Of a DNA stretch of 64,000 nt, positions 1-30,275 are shown in pieces. Both the position numbers and the translations under genes were made by a program. The number at the start of each line of letters is the position of its first letter. Within the stretch, counting starts at the first letter, position 1. The notes below the pieces were generated by a model. The model did no database searches. It saw only the letters and a program-made list of their open reading frames with translations, and was not told the origin of the DNA. The stretch is from Lama glama (lineage: Eukaryota), in NCBI GenBank assembly GCA_028534125.1, contig CM052850.1:26784001-26848000 (forward strand). Reading direction: 5' to 3'.

Positions 1-352
1 ACGGCCCAGGGGGGCTTCTATTGTCCTCCCTGGAGCTCGCCAGCCCCTCCTTTCGGGTCCGCGGGGCCCCCGGACCCCGCCCCCGGGGCCCCCAGACCCG
101 GGTGGCGGCGGCGGCGGCGGCGGGAGGAGGTGCTGCAGCGCGCGGTCGAGCGGGGATGCGCGGTGCTGATGCTGCAGCGCCCTGCCGCATTTTGCGGCGG
201 CGTCCGCGGATTGGCCCAGCGCGGTGACGCCAGGCCGGGCGCGGCGGGCGGGGTCTAGCCTATAAGAGCGGGCGGAGGGGGCGGCAGATCCTCCGCAGCC
301 AGCCCTGTCCAGTCCGCGCGCGTCCTGCAGCCGCCCGCCACACGCACCGAGC

Positions 353-8583
<8,231 letters not shown>

Positions 8584-8897
8584 AGCAGCTGGAGGGGTGG
8601 GACATGGCCGCGGCCAGGACCAAGAGGTCTGTCCCCAGAGCCATGAAGCCACTGACACCCCCCCACCCTCACCCCCACCAGGTCCAGTCGCGTCACCCTA
8701 GGGCTCCCGAGTGTTCGTCCTTCAGTATTTACAGCATCCCCGCCCTGCGTGAGTCCACTTGGCTCAGTCTTCTGCCATAGGTCATTTCCATTTTTGTGTG
8801 ACCCGTTTGTCTCTCTGCTTTACTGTCAGCTCCAGGCCTGATGTTTTATGGCTTTTTCCTTTCGACTGGTTTGTGTTTATATTTTGGGGGGATACTT

Positions 8898-8903
8898 AAT
8901 AAA
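8898..8903 (+). terminator. TUBB3: TUBB3 polyadenylation signal AATAAA
   Basis: AATAAA about 315 nt after the stop, with U-rich sequence upstream and GU/U-rich sequence downstream. Confidence 0.85.
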
Positions 8904-9396
8904 TTTATTGCTGTCAGACACCCTTGCCTGGTGCTGGAGATTTCTTCTTGTTCTGGAAAGTTGGGGCCAGAGGGGTGAAAAAGGGCAGACAGGGAAGCCC
9001 AGTGGAGGTAGGGGGGAAGGCCAAGTGTCATTGTCTCCCAGGTGGGGCTGGGACAGGCGCAGCCCCTGGGGAGCGCCTGGAAGTGGTGTTGGAGAAGGGA
9101 TGGGCACCATTCCAGAATCTCAAATGTGCTCTCAGGTGACCTGGGGACAATCCCTAGTTCCCTCCAGGGTGACTCACACTATAGGACTCTCCTCTGGCTT
9201 ATCCGTGTGCTGGCTGTTAGAGGCAGGCAGCCCAAGACCCAGTGGGAGGTAGGAAGGGGGGACCTTGGCAACTTCCCCTGAAAAATGTTCTGTATCTGAG
9301 GGTTGGGGCTTCAGCCCTGGGGAAGGGCTGGCGGGTGCAGCAAGTTACAGCCACAGCCCCAGGAGCAGGCTGGGCTCGGAGGAATGGTCTGTCTCC

Positions 9397-9414
9397 TGCG
9401 CCCCCTGGTGGTCA
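9397..9414 (-). promoter_or_regulatory. CTCF motif between TUBB3 and DEF8
   Basis: Reverse complement TGACCACCAGGGGGCGCA closely matches the CTCF core TGGCCACCAGGGGGCGC. Confidence 0.65.
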
Positions 9415-12029
9415 TTTCCTGTGTCTGCAATGAGCCTGGTGTCCAGCTGGAAGGGGCTCACCTGGCTTCCCCTCTCCTCCTACGAGGAAAGAAGTGGGTT
9501 CCCAGAGAGGCGCTGGCTGCCTGGGGCCCATGTGAGCCTTCGCAGAGCTGGGTGGGCCCAGACCCTCTCCACCAGCCTCCCCACATGCACCCCACTCCTC
9601 GAAGCCCCTGGGTCTCATCAAACCCAGCTCCCACTGGGACATAAAAGCACCCCTGCACCTCTGTGTGGATACCTGTGCAGAAGGGAGGTTGATGGGGCTG
9701 ATCTAGACCAGGGAACTGAAGCTCTGAGAGGCTCACATCCCAGGCTCTGGTCCCGATGCATTCCGAGTCCACCAGGAGCTGGTCCCGGGCCAGCTCTAAG
9801 CCTACCACACCTGCTACACTCACCCACCTCGCACAGGAGGTGACCACGCTACAGTGTGTGTGACTGTTGTGGGTGGGGGTTTGAGTCCCGTGCTGGTCCC
9901 TTCCCACTGTATAATGAAGGCCCCGACCCCACATCCACAGGGGCCTCACAAGGCTGCTGCCTCCACACATTTGGGAGGGGGAAGAGGTGTCTGCAGCTCA
10001 GGTTCTCAGATGGCTCTGGGACCCCAAAAGAGGTGAGATGCCCATGAGTGTCCATGCTGGCCCTGGGTCCATGGTCTTACGGTCTTACCCGGCCTCTCCT
10101 GAGAGCTCAAGATATGGACCTCATTTAACCTTTACAAGGAGGTCACAAGGTTCCCAGGCAAAGCAACAAGTCTCAAAGAACTGAGGTGTCTGCCTGTTGG
10201 CAGAGCTGAGCCAGTGTCCGGCCCTCTGTATATCTTTTTTTTTTTGCTTAAAGAGACCTCAAATCACATTTCCTTCCTAAGCACCTACATCCATGAGAAC
10301 TTTGTCCTACCTCACATTACTCAGATGAAGCTGGTCTCCTTGGGCCATCCTGGCTTCTCCCCTAGACCACAACCCAGCCCCAGCACTAACGTGCAGTGTA
10401 GACAGTGCTGGCAGGGGTCTGGGGAGGCAGCTAGCATGTCCAGCCCCAAGGACATCTCTGCTGTTCCCCAGAGTTCCTCTCCGCGTGAGGGGCCTCACTC
10501 CTTCTTTCTCCAGCCCTCCCTCCCCTCCTGACGCTGGTCCTCCCCTGATGGGGGCCTCTAGCACCCTTTCTCATGGGGGGGGCAGTTTAGTTCTCCTGTC
10601 TTCCTCAATCACGTCCTCACTCCTTACCCCTACACGGCAGACAGGCCCTGGGCTCTGAGTGAACTCCTAGCCCATGGCACCCCTGAGCATGAAGAATGGC
10701 TGTGCTTTGTGTCCCCGCACTCCAGAGTGGGTTGTCACACACACCCGGAAGCAGGAACACATGGAAAGCGGCCAACAGCGTGTGGCACACGACAGGAGCC
10801 CACAGTGTTAGCTCTTGCATGTCTGTTATCATCACTGCGGGGACTTTGTCTGCAGGGGTGCGTGGGCTCTAGGGGGCAGAAGAAGACAACTTAAGAGCCA
10901 GTCAGTCTCAAACGAAACGCCCAGAATGGCTCCGAATGGCCCTGCGCCGTCAAGGACCGCGCTGGCCCCTTTGCTTTAAGGCCCACCTGTCCCTTTCAGG
11001 CTGGATGAAGAGCCATGGGTGTCCAGACCAGGAACACCCAGGCACCACCCTGCACCCTCTGCCTGGTGGGTACTTGGGGTGCTCAGGGGCCAGGAGGAGG
11101 CCTCACTCTCGGGGGTACGGCTGCCAGAGCCAACACAGGATGCCCAGTCACACTGGAATTTCAGGTAAAGAATGGGCAACATACCACGTGGGGGCATGTT
11201 TATACCGAGCACTTATTCCTCAGTTACGAAGTCTGGTAATCCTAGACTGGGGCACCCAGCAGCTGCGCAGCTGGGCCTGTCCTGGGAGCCAGGCATCCCA
11301 GGTGCCTCTCCATACTGAGCTCTTCATCCAGCAGGTTACATGTCAGGACAAACTTGTGAGGCAGATGTTTACAGATGAAGAAACCGAGGCTTGGAGACAG
11401 ACCCCGCCGCAAGGGGCAGGGCCACAGTCTGAATGGAGGAAATGGGAACTGAGTCATCAAGGTTCCCACCTCCCCTGGGGACAATGACAGCCTGAGAAGG
11501 GGGACAAGGAGTGTCGAATGGAGATGACCTTCACCTCTGCCCCTAAATATGTGACAGGTCACTTCCCCTCTCTAGGGCACATTCCCCAGCTGCAAAGAAC
11601 ATGTCCCACTTGTGTTTCGGGAGTCAGAATTCCAGATAGATTCATTTGAAAGAAGACTGCTGATCTTCAAGTTCTTTGAAAGCTACTTGCTCAGATAATA
11701 ATAAATGAGAGAGGACACAGATTGAATGCAGATGAAGCCCAGCCTGCAGAGGTCACCAGGGGCAGGTGTCACTGCCAGCACAGGTGTGAGGTGGGGTAGG
11801 GTCCTGGGGAGCAGAGGGTGAGCCAGGGCTGCATGGGTTTGGGGGAAGGGTGGAGTCAGGCAGAGCTAAAGTTAATCAGGTCCCTGTGGCCTGGATGTGG
11901 CGACATCCACCCCAGATCAGGACTTGGGGGCTAACCAGCATTCCATTTCCCGGGGAGCTGCAGGATTAAAGTAGATGTGGACGTTTGAGTGGAAACCCTC
12001 TACTGAAGCCCCCACCTGGGCTTCCCTGG

Positions 12030-12480
12030 TCCAAGTGACCACGTGACCCAGATGCTCCAGGCAGGGGCCCGGGGCGGGACGCGCAGACTCTGGCCGGCGT
12101 GTCGTGAGCCTCCCGGCCGCAGGTGGCAGCAGCGGGTGGCAGCGGAGACTCCGCAGCGAGGGCGGCGGGGCGGATACAACGTAGCGAGGTGGGCAATGGA
12201 TACAATGTAGCGAGGGCAGCGCCAGGTGAGCTGCGGACGGTGGAGCGCGGGTGACTTGGGGAGCAGCGGGGGTCTGGGTGGAGGGAACGGGGACGCTCAG
12301 CCCTGGAGCTCACTCGACCCGCCACGCCCGGAGCTCGGGGAGCCTCCTCTCCTGACGCGGACACCGGGGAGCAGGGGTGAGGGATCCATTCAAGGCTCCG
12401 GCCCTGGCGCAAAGCAGGATTCAGACCCACTGGATTCCTTACCCGGGCTCAGAGCTGCACCGCACCCCGTTCGGACAGGG
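12030..12480 (+). promoter_or_regulatory. DEF8: DEF8 CpG island promoter and probable non-coding exon 1 (donor CAG|GTGAG after 12225)
   Basis: CpG-rich island about 4 kb upstream of the DEF8 ATG, with a GC box, E-box CACGTGAC at 12040-12047 and a strong splice donor at 12226. Confidence 0.7.
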
Positions 12481-13849
12481 TTTAGCTGGGAGTTGGCCCC
12501 CTTCAGATGACACTGTCACCGTTTCCGGCCGTCAACTGTCTGTGGGATCCATGAGGCCTGAGGGGACACCCATGGCCGTCCCATCCTGAGCTGGTGCTGG
12601 GCTACTTGGCCTGTCTCCTCATCTATGAAATGGGTGGACATGGTGCAAGGGACCTGCCCCCGTGCGGAGCCAGTTAGCAAGGGTCCCCAGAGTGTATGAT
12701 GTTGTTGTTGTGGGTGAAGCTGGAGGAGGTCGGTTTTGGGGCGGCTCCTCCCTGAGGCGGGGGTGGACACGCTGCTAGGCTTCAGTGGCAAACAACCCCC
12801 CTTTAAGGGACAGTATACACTGCCTTGCTCCCTGCGGGTCTCAGCAGGCCTCCCTCCAGGTATGAGCTGACAGGATGTACCTTCTCCCCAGCGCTCTCCA
12901 GGGAGAAGTCTAGGGGCCTCTGGTGGCAGCTGGGGTGATGGCAGGACCTCTTGGTGGCCACAGAACATGGGAGAACATGGAGGCAGAACACGGGAGGTTG
13001 GTTCGAGCACAGCTGAGCTTCAATCCAATGTCCCTTCATGTGCTGGGAGCTTTATTCTGGGGTTGCCTTTCATTGCTAAGTGCAGTTCTTGTCCCTGTGC
13101 TAGGAGGTCTCCAGAGGAGTCAGACAGTGGAAGAGTGGGTTTCCTCCATTCCCCTCACTTTGCACCTTCTTGCCTGCTCCTCTCTGAGGCCAAGCCTGAA
13201 CTCTGGGTGCAGGGCCCTCTGTGGGCTGAGCCTGGTGGGGTGGTGAAGGTTGCTGGTGCTCTCCTCAAAGTCAGCTGCTGCAGGCTGCATCTGCTGGTCC
13301 CAGGTGTTAGGACAGCATCTGCCTGCCCTCAGCAGCCCTAAAGGAAATTCTCCAACTTGGCAGGAGAGAAACTGAGGCTGGGAGAGGTCAAGTGACCCCA
13401 TTCGTTCACTCATCCATGGCCTCTATGCCAGGCCTGGGACTGGCACTGCCCACCAGGAAGTTAATGAGAGGTGCTGCTACCAAGGGAACTTATGGGCCAG
13501 AGGAGAGCTGCTGGGAAGAGCAGAGGTGTTCTGCCTTCAAGCACCTCTGGCCGTGTTGTAAACCGCTGGAATGTTTCATGGGAGAAACCCCTGGCGGTGG
13601 CTCCTGTACCCTCCAGTCTCGTGGGGTTGGGCTGATCATCACGTGATGTCAGAGACAGTTTGCTCTGCAGCAACTGTGAGTCACAGGCTTCACCGCCACA
13701 TACAAGCGCTTGGTCCCTCCACCTGCTCCAGGAGGTAGACATTCCCCTTTTCCTATAGGCAAGGAAATGGAGTCATGTAGCTCGTCACTGGGAGAGGCAG
13801 AATTAAATCAGGGCTGTCTGATTCTTAGTAGTAACAATGATAACGGTAA

Positions 13850-14030
13850 GTTGCAGCTGATACTTACTTCTGTCCAGGGTACTCAGAACTTTGTGTTAAC
13901 CCTGTGCAGCAGGAACTATTATCATCCCTATTTGAAACACGAGAACTCAAATGCAAAAAAAGCTTTAGGCGTTTGCCCAAGGTCACACAGCTAGGAGCTG
14001 ACGGAGCTGGGAGTTGAATAGGGCCAATTT
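13850..14030 (-). mobile_element. MIR SINE relic
   Basis: ACTATTATCATCCCTATTT...TTGCCCAAGGTCACACAGCTAG...GAGCTGGGAGTTGAA is typical of MIR. Confidence 0.6.
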
Positions 14031-14069
14031 GTCTTATTACCACAAGGCTTTTGGGGTGATTGTTTAGAT

Positions 14070-14370
14070 GGCTAGAGACAGAAATCCTCCTCCCAATAAC
14101 AGTAGTTTAAACAGAAGTTTATTTCTGTCTCACTTAAATTAAGCCTGGAGTGAGCAGCTCAGGGCTTCTGTTGCAGCCCAAAGTGGCTGCTCCAGCTCCA
14201 CCCGTTACATCTGCATCCCACACAGCAAGAGGCAGGAAGAGCTGAACAGGGGCAGTCCCTCCTTTTAAGAACAATTACCAGGAGTCTCGAGATCTTTCTG
14301 TTCACATGCTATTGGTCAGAACATAGTCATATGACCACATCTAGCTACAGGGAGGCTGGGAAATCAAATG
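14070..14370. mobile_element. MLT1-type (MaLR) LTR relic
   Basis: GAAGTTTATTTCTGTCTCAC...ATTGGTCAGAACATAGTCATATGACCACATCTAGCTACAGGGAGGCTGGGAAAT resembles MLT1 sequences as recalled. Confidence 0.6.
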
Positions 14371-14396
14371 ATGAGTAGAGAATCACAGTTCCCCAC

Positions 14397-14820
14397 TGTC
14401 AGAGAAAAGCCAGACCTGGTCAGTCATTAAAGCAGTGGAAACAGATTTTATTGCAATAGGAGAAATGAGACTGGTATAGAACTGAGCTCAGCTCCAAATA
14501 CAGCACCGGCAAATGGGGATTTATTTACAGCCAAGAAGCAAGTGGGGTCAGTGGATGGACAATGACTAAGAAGAAACATAAAGGGCCAGAGGAGGGATTC
14601 TGGCTAAACTGGCCTAACAGGATCTTTGTGATCAGACATCACCTGGGAGATGCTGGGGTGGGAGCGGTGAGGAACACGGTCAGATATGAGGGTGATCAGA
14701 TGTCACAGTGGGGGCTTAGCAGAGTTCTTGCTAAAACTGGGTTTTATAGGAAGTGCACCGATGGGCCAGGAGAAGGTTTGGGACCTGACTACAGCCTGGT
14801 TGAGCGAAGAGTCTTTGTCA
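14397..14820 (-). mobile_element. Solo ERV1-class LTR (MER31/MER67-like)
   Basis: TG...CA termini; minus strand starts TGACAAAGACTC; 4-bp target duplication CCAC at 14393-14396 and 14821-14824. Confidence 0.7.
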
Positions 14821-16014
14821 CCACTTGGGAAGAAGGGGTTAGTGAATATGGGGACAGCTGGATCTCTCCTGTACTCCAGGTGATTCCTGGGACATGGTGG
14901 CCCCTGACACCTGGGGGGTGTTGGGCACTCTCTGTGAGCTGCCGAGAGGCATCACGTGATAAGAGAGGGGACTGGAGCCCATGGCACCTGTGTCCTCTTT
15001 TGTTTTGAACCAGGAGCATTCAGTCAATGGGTACTAGGTTCTACCAGACTGGACCTTCCAACCCACATCCCCACCACAGGAAAAAGAGAGGTAGGATGGG
15101 GCCCACAGGTGATATGGGAGTGCCTGCCCAGGTGCAGGGTGGCACTTGAGGGGGTGGGTGTGGGGTGACATTGAGCAGGGCCTTCCCCTCTGTTTCAGTT
15201 CTCCTTCTTTGGGGAGGGGCAGATAGGCATCATGGGATTGCCTTTTATAAATACAAAGTATTTCAGACTGTAACCAGGTGTAGGGGAAGTAACTAACACC
15301 TGTGCACTCAGTACAAAGGTTTTAAAAACATATGTCCAACCTCCTATGAGAGATGCTAAGGAATGTGGCTCACCTAGTGATGTAGGGGGACCTGGGTGGC
15401 AGACTCCATCAAAGCCCCTTCCTTCCCAGAGCCATCAGCCCTGTGTGTCTGCCGTTTGCTGAGCTCTGGGCAGGGAAAGCAGGGCTGGGCTGTGGACCAG
15501 GTACTTCTGCCTGTTTCCTGAGCTCGTAAGCTGTGAGGCCACGCACTGGCTCAGGCCATGTGAGGCGTCAGTGGAAGCCCAGGCCAAGGAAGTGCTGGCC
15601 TGGCCACACTGTGACAAAATAGCTTTCAGGGGCCTTCTCCATGGGGCATGAGGACGTGGCCCTGCCCAAGGTCACACTGCTGGTGGCAGGGCAGGCCCGG
15701 GCCCTGGTGTCAGCACTGACCCTTCTGCTGGGAGGGCATGGCTGGACTGGGTCTGAGTGAGGCAAGTGGGATCAGAGGGTCCTGTGCTGGGGGCAAGGGT
15801 CCTGGGTTCCAGACTTCCTGGCTGGGCACCTTGGGCAGGTCAAGTCCCTCTCCTAGCCCTGCTGGCCCCATCAGCGGGTCGGACTTCACTGCTCTTACTG
15901 AGGGGAGGCCACCCGTGGGAACCTGGGTGAGGGGCTGACGATGGAGGCTGTGGAGTGGAGGTGTTCCACCCAGACCCTCTTGAGGGAGTGAGAGGGGCCG
16001 GGCATCCCCTCTGA

Positions 16015-25257
<9,243 letters not shown>

Positions 25258-27065
25258 AGCTACAGAACCCCTCCTGGGCCTGTCTGGTGCCCATCCTGTT
25301 GGTCACTGGCCAAAGCTGAGATGTCTCTTGTGCTCTGGAGGCCCCTAGGGTACTGCCCCTGGACCTCTCCCCACTGCTGGGCCAGCGCCACAAGGACCAT
25401 CTTCCTCCTGGCACTTCCTGGGACTTGGGGTGGCCTTGCCTGGCTGTGAGTGTGCCTGGCTCCCACCCCCCACAGGTTTTTAAGGGGAGGGGAGTGGGAG
25501 ACAACTTCTTCTCATCCCCCCTTTGGCCAAGAGACCCCCACATCCTTGGGGCCAAGGCTGCTGGGCCTTGGAAATCCTGGAGGGCTCTGGGGGAGTGGCT
25601 GGCAACCAATGGTGCCTTGGCCTGAGTTCCACCTGCGGGGGTTGGTTTGGATTCTGCCTGGAGGCTCCCTCTCCCTGGTCCCTTGTCTCTTTGGGGACCT
25701 CTGGTTGTCTTTGGCTGGGGCTGTTCACAACCGTCTCCCAAAGGCCCTGCCCAGCCTCCCGAGGTTCTCTCTCAGGGTCCTCCTCTGGCAGGGCTGGTCC
25801 AGCAGTTATCGGCTCTTCCTATACAACACGGAAGGAAGGGGCCGTTGAGCTGTTACCCCTGGGTGGACCGGCCACTGCCCCCAACTTGTCCCAGCCCAGT
25901 TGACCCTGGTGCTCCAAGCTGGGTGGCTGGGGGTCCCACCCAAAGCAGCTGCCCTGCTTCCAGGTGTGGAGCAGGGACTGGGCCCCCGGGGTCAGGGTGG
26001 AGGGTAAGGTTCGGCAAACGGGTTGGTTGTAGCAGGTCCGGGAGGCGTTTCTCGGGATCAGGTTTGCCTGAGGAGCTCCACCCTGCTGCCACGGTGCCTG
26101 TAGGGGCTCCAGAGGACTCAGAGACCCCCAAACAGGGGCCTTTTGTTTGGGGTCCTGAGATCAGGCAAGAAGCCTTGTACATGGGGCATAGAGTGTGCAA
26201 GGCCCTGCCTCCAGCTGACAGAGGGACCCCGAGACGGAGGACTGTCCCACAGATACCTAGTGGGGGAGCTGCGTTTGGTAGGGATGCTTTTTGCTTTGGA
26301 CACCCTGCCGTCCAGGGAAGGCTCAGAGGAAGAGGACGTTTCAGGACACGGCTCCCCAGTCTCTCCTGCCCTTCTCCTTGCTCTGGATGGTGCCTGGCTG
26401 TCAGCGCCCATGGCTGACACACACAGGTGGGGGCCACTTGGCTTTTAACTGGGAAGCCCAAGAGGAGAGGCTTGGCCAGCAAAAAGACCAGCTTAGCTCA
26501 CTGGCTGATACGAGAGGGTGGGCAAATACAGCACCATCGCCCCCCCCCCGCCCTTGCCCCTCTGCACCACCGGGAAAACCCTACACTGTGGCTTAAGGCA
26601 GTCCCCTTGCTGTCTGTCCCGATCTGCCTCAGCACAGCCTCGCTGTGTCACAGTGAGAAGCAAACCTGCTCCCCCTTCCTCTCGGGTTGAAGAGGGAGTG
26701 AAAGGCAAGATGTCCTTTCCCTGCACCCCTAGATCTGCACATTTCTCACTGCTGTTGTAGAGATAGTGGTTATTCCTGAATTTACTGTATAATCAACACC
26801 ATATTGTTCCAGCTGCAATCACTGTGTCCATAAGAAATGTTAGGATGCTGGCATTTGCGGGACGAAGCTGGCCCTTATTTTGTTTTAACCACCCCCACAT
26901 TACCTCCTCCCCCAATACCTCTTTTCCACCTAACCCTTCTGGATGACAAATTCTTTAAACAGACTCACGTGTGGGTCGTTCTGAGTCCACACCATGGTAG
27001 CAAGAACCCACCAAGGGGAGAGCAGGAGGCTCACCCAGCTGTACCAGAGTTGCAGCTGCTGTCTC

Positions 27066-27071
27066 ATTAAA
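27066..27071 (+). terminator. DEF8: Probable DEF8 polyadenylation signal ATTAAA
   Basis: ATTAAA followed about 20 nt later by a GT-rich tract (CTGTGGTGTGTGTGGTG); implies a 3'UTR of about 1.8 kb. Confidence 0.55.
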
Positions 27072-27889
27072 TCTGTGTTCTCCAGACTGTGGTGTGTGTG
27101 GTGAATCGGGGACAAGGCAGGGTTCGCTGACACACAAAGCAACTGAAGGTTTAATGAAAGCCCACAGCCTTCCCCATCCAGAGGGGTCAAATATCTGGTT
27201 TGGGAAGCCCCATATATGTGGGTGTCAGATCTGGGCCTGCGGGTGCTGACTACTCCCAACCTCCAATTCCTCTGTACAATGCACTAAAACACATCCTTTG
27301 AGGGGTTGTTTGGCTTCCAGGAAGCACTGAGCCCAGCCTGAACACAGAATGCTCAGTAAATAGAAGCTGTCTTCTTTCCAGAATCCTCCTGGTGGAAAGA
27401 CTGTCTTGTTAACCCAAAGTAAGCGATGATAGGGTAGCCGGTCACGCAGATCACAGGTTCAGCTCCCGGAAGCCTCTTTTGTCTTTGAAAGTTAGACCAT
27501 TGAAAGGGCCCTCACTGCAACTCAGACCCCCTCCCACTGCCCTGGGGACTTCAGGAGAGCCACATACCCCTCCCAAATTACATTCAAACCTCTGAGTGAA
27601 TACATTTTCCCATGGGGATGGGAGTCTATAGTTTTGACCAGGCTCTCAAAGAAAATGTCAGGAATGTGCTTTAAGAAGGTGTCTGTAGACATCACCCGCA
27701 ACCAGGCTAAGAAAGCCAGAGAGCCCAGGGGGCACAGGCACAAGGGTGGGAGGAAAGGTGTCTGCCGTCGGTGGGCCGGTGCTGGCACACGTGAGCACAC
27801 GCCTCCAACTACAAATCTCTAGAGCTACGTTTCGATAGCAGGTGGACGATGCAGTCTCCACCCACCCCTGCAGGTTATGAAACAGCCGT

Positions 27890-30110
27890 TTCTTACAACC
27901 TTTTAATTTTAACAAATGTAGCTTTGCCGGAGTGTTGCAAACACATTCCCACGTACCCGTCTCCTGGATTCTCTAAATGTTTGCATTTCGCCCCATTCCA
28001 CATAGTTCCTTTATGGAGCTGTCTGGCGCTCTCTGTGTATCCCTCCCAGACAAGGACATTACCTTATAGGGCTGCACTGCGGCCATAATGTCGGGTTAGC
28101 ATCAATCCGGTACCAAAAACCTACATCAGACCTTGTTCAGTTTGCCATTCACTGCATTGTCTTCAGCCTTTAACCCGCGAAGGTAGGTGACCCTCACACA
28201 AGCACAGGCTGGTTATTTTGAAGACTGTCCTTCAGTGTGGGATTTCCTGATGGCATTCAAGCTTTGCACTTTCAGCAGGACCTTCACAGAAGTGATGCTC
28301 TTCAGCGTGCCCTCTGTCCCCTTCCTGGAGACGCTGTGACCCGCCTGTCTCCTGTGCCCTTCTGACACTTTCTGGTCTTTTGTTAGGCACTTGCTTAGTC
28401 TAGCGCAGCAAGGCGTTCCAGGCTTACTCTATAATTTCCTCAGTCCCAGCCCTGAGACCAGTCATTTCTCCAAGGAGCCCTAGTACCTCCTGGAGTTCAC
28501 CCTGACACTCAGAATTTCAAAAGAAGGTTCACTCTTTCCCTTTTTCATATTTGGAATTTCCTCGCTTATGCTGAGAAACCTGGCTCCATTATCCATAACG
28601 TACTTGTTTGCTCAGTCTGGAGCAAAGTGCCTTCGGCATTGCTGACCTGTGCCAGTGGACAACCACTGACTAGCGTTTACTATGTGTTTACAGTTCTTTT
28701 TTGTCTTTACCTGAGGGCACACAGTCAAAATGCACTGGGGGTGTTTCTCCCCTTCATTGTGGGTGTGTAACTCATGTGAAATATGTTCTGTTTGTATATT
28801 CCATTGCATTTCCCTGTCCTTGTTTACTTCTGTTTGTGCAATACAGTGACGTGGTTCCCAAAGTCAGAACTTTTTATAAGTTTTCTTATAAAAAAACTTC
28901 ACGATAGTCAGGTGTCACCCCTACCCTGCAACCCATCTCTTTCGTCTTTGATTTCTCCTTCCCATGTTTCTTTTTGTACAAATGACTAAGATACCTGTAT
29001 ATTTTCTTACTTCTCCTTCTTCCACAGAACATTTTATGTGTGGCCATTTTTCAATTAACAGATTTGGAAACTGCTCCATATCAACTGAGTTCTTTCTTAT
29101 TCTGTCACTACCGCAGTCATCATCATTTATGTCTGCATTATATTCCATTGTGTGGAGCTGCCGTTTCACGTTTGACTACTGCATGAGACTAGCAGGCTGT
29201 TTCCTAGCTTTTGCAGTCACAAACGAGGCTGCAACAAATAATCTGTGCTTATGTATTTTCTTTTGTTGGAGGTGTATCATCAGGGAAAATCCTAAAATCG
29301 GGATTGCTAAATCCTACAAAATCCATTTTTTATTAGTGTTTGATGCACGTCCATAAGAGATGTACCAATTTGCTTTCCCACCAGTAATGAATGAGGGTAC
29401 CTGATACCCCACCAGCAGTATGTGTATTCATACTCTTTGATTATTTGATTAATGAAAAGTGGTATCTGTGTAGCTTTAATTTGCATTTCTCTGACTGACT
29501 GAGGTCAAACTTAGGCTTCAAGATCTAACTTATTTATGAGTTACATCTTCACTCCACTTTTCTATTAGATTTTTGGTATTTATTTTCCTTTCAGTCTTTA
29601 AGAATTCTTCATGTATCAGCGATATTAGCCCATTGCCTGTGAGATATTTTCTTCCTGGTGTCAGTTGCCTTGTTTGTAGTATCTTATTCTCATGGAAATG
29701 TTTTGTTCTGTTATATTTTCATATGGTCAAATTGATTCATCTTTTAAAATTTCATCTGGATTTTGAGTCATAGAAAGTCTTCCTCCACACCTGTGTCAAA
29801 CAGGACAGGCATTCGTGTGTGTGTTCTGCAGTACTTGTTGGGTGTCAGTTTTTACATTCAGATCCCTCATCTGTTTCTTTATTCTTGTGTGTGCTGTGAG
29901 ATATGAATTAACTGTTTCCAAATTTTCAGTTATCCTGCACTATTAAAAAAAAAGCCTATCTGTATCTATCTCTGAACTTTCTGTTTTACTCTACAGATTG
30001 GAATACTACACGGACTTAATCACAGACGCTTCATGGTGTGTTTTAATGTCCAGCAGGGCTAGTCTCCTCATAGTTTGCTTTAAATAACTTTTCCTCGGTA
30101 TTCTTTTATG
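27890..30110 (-). mobile_element. Old L1 (L1MC-like) fragments, antisense
   Basis: AT-rich block with CCCAGCCCTGAGACCAGTCATTTCTCCAAGGAGCCC (L1MC 3'UTR-like) and GTGGTATCT...TTTAATTTGCATTTCTCTGA (antisense ORF2 end). Boundaries are approximate. Confidence 0.6.
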
Positions 30111-30275
30111 CAACCTTTTTCAAGCACATATTTAAGTAAAATTTTTATGACAAAAGTTGATGCTCTCAAGTGTCAAAGTGAAAATACCAGAAACAGGGTT
30201 TCCAGGGATGTTACAGATCTGGGAGCGGAGGCGTGGCTGGCCTCACCCACCGAGGTCACAGGCCCTGAAGACAGA

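Noticed and set aside
25647-26482. Overlapping 256-aa (+) and 209-aa (-) ORFs in the DEF8 3'UTR
   Set aside because: Pro/Gly/Arg-rich composition expected from GC-rich DNA, with no recognisable domain.
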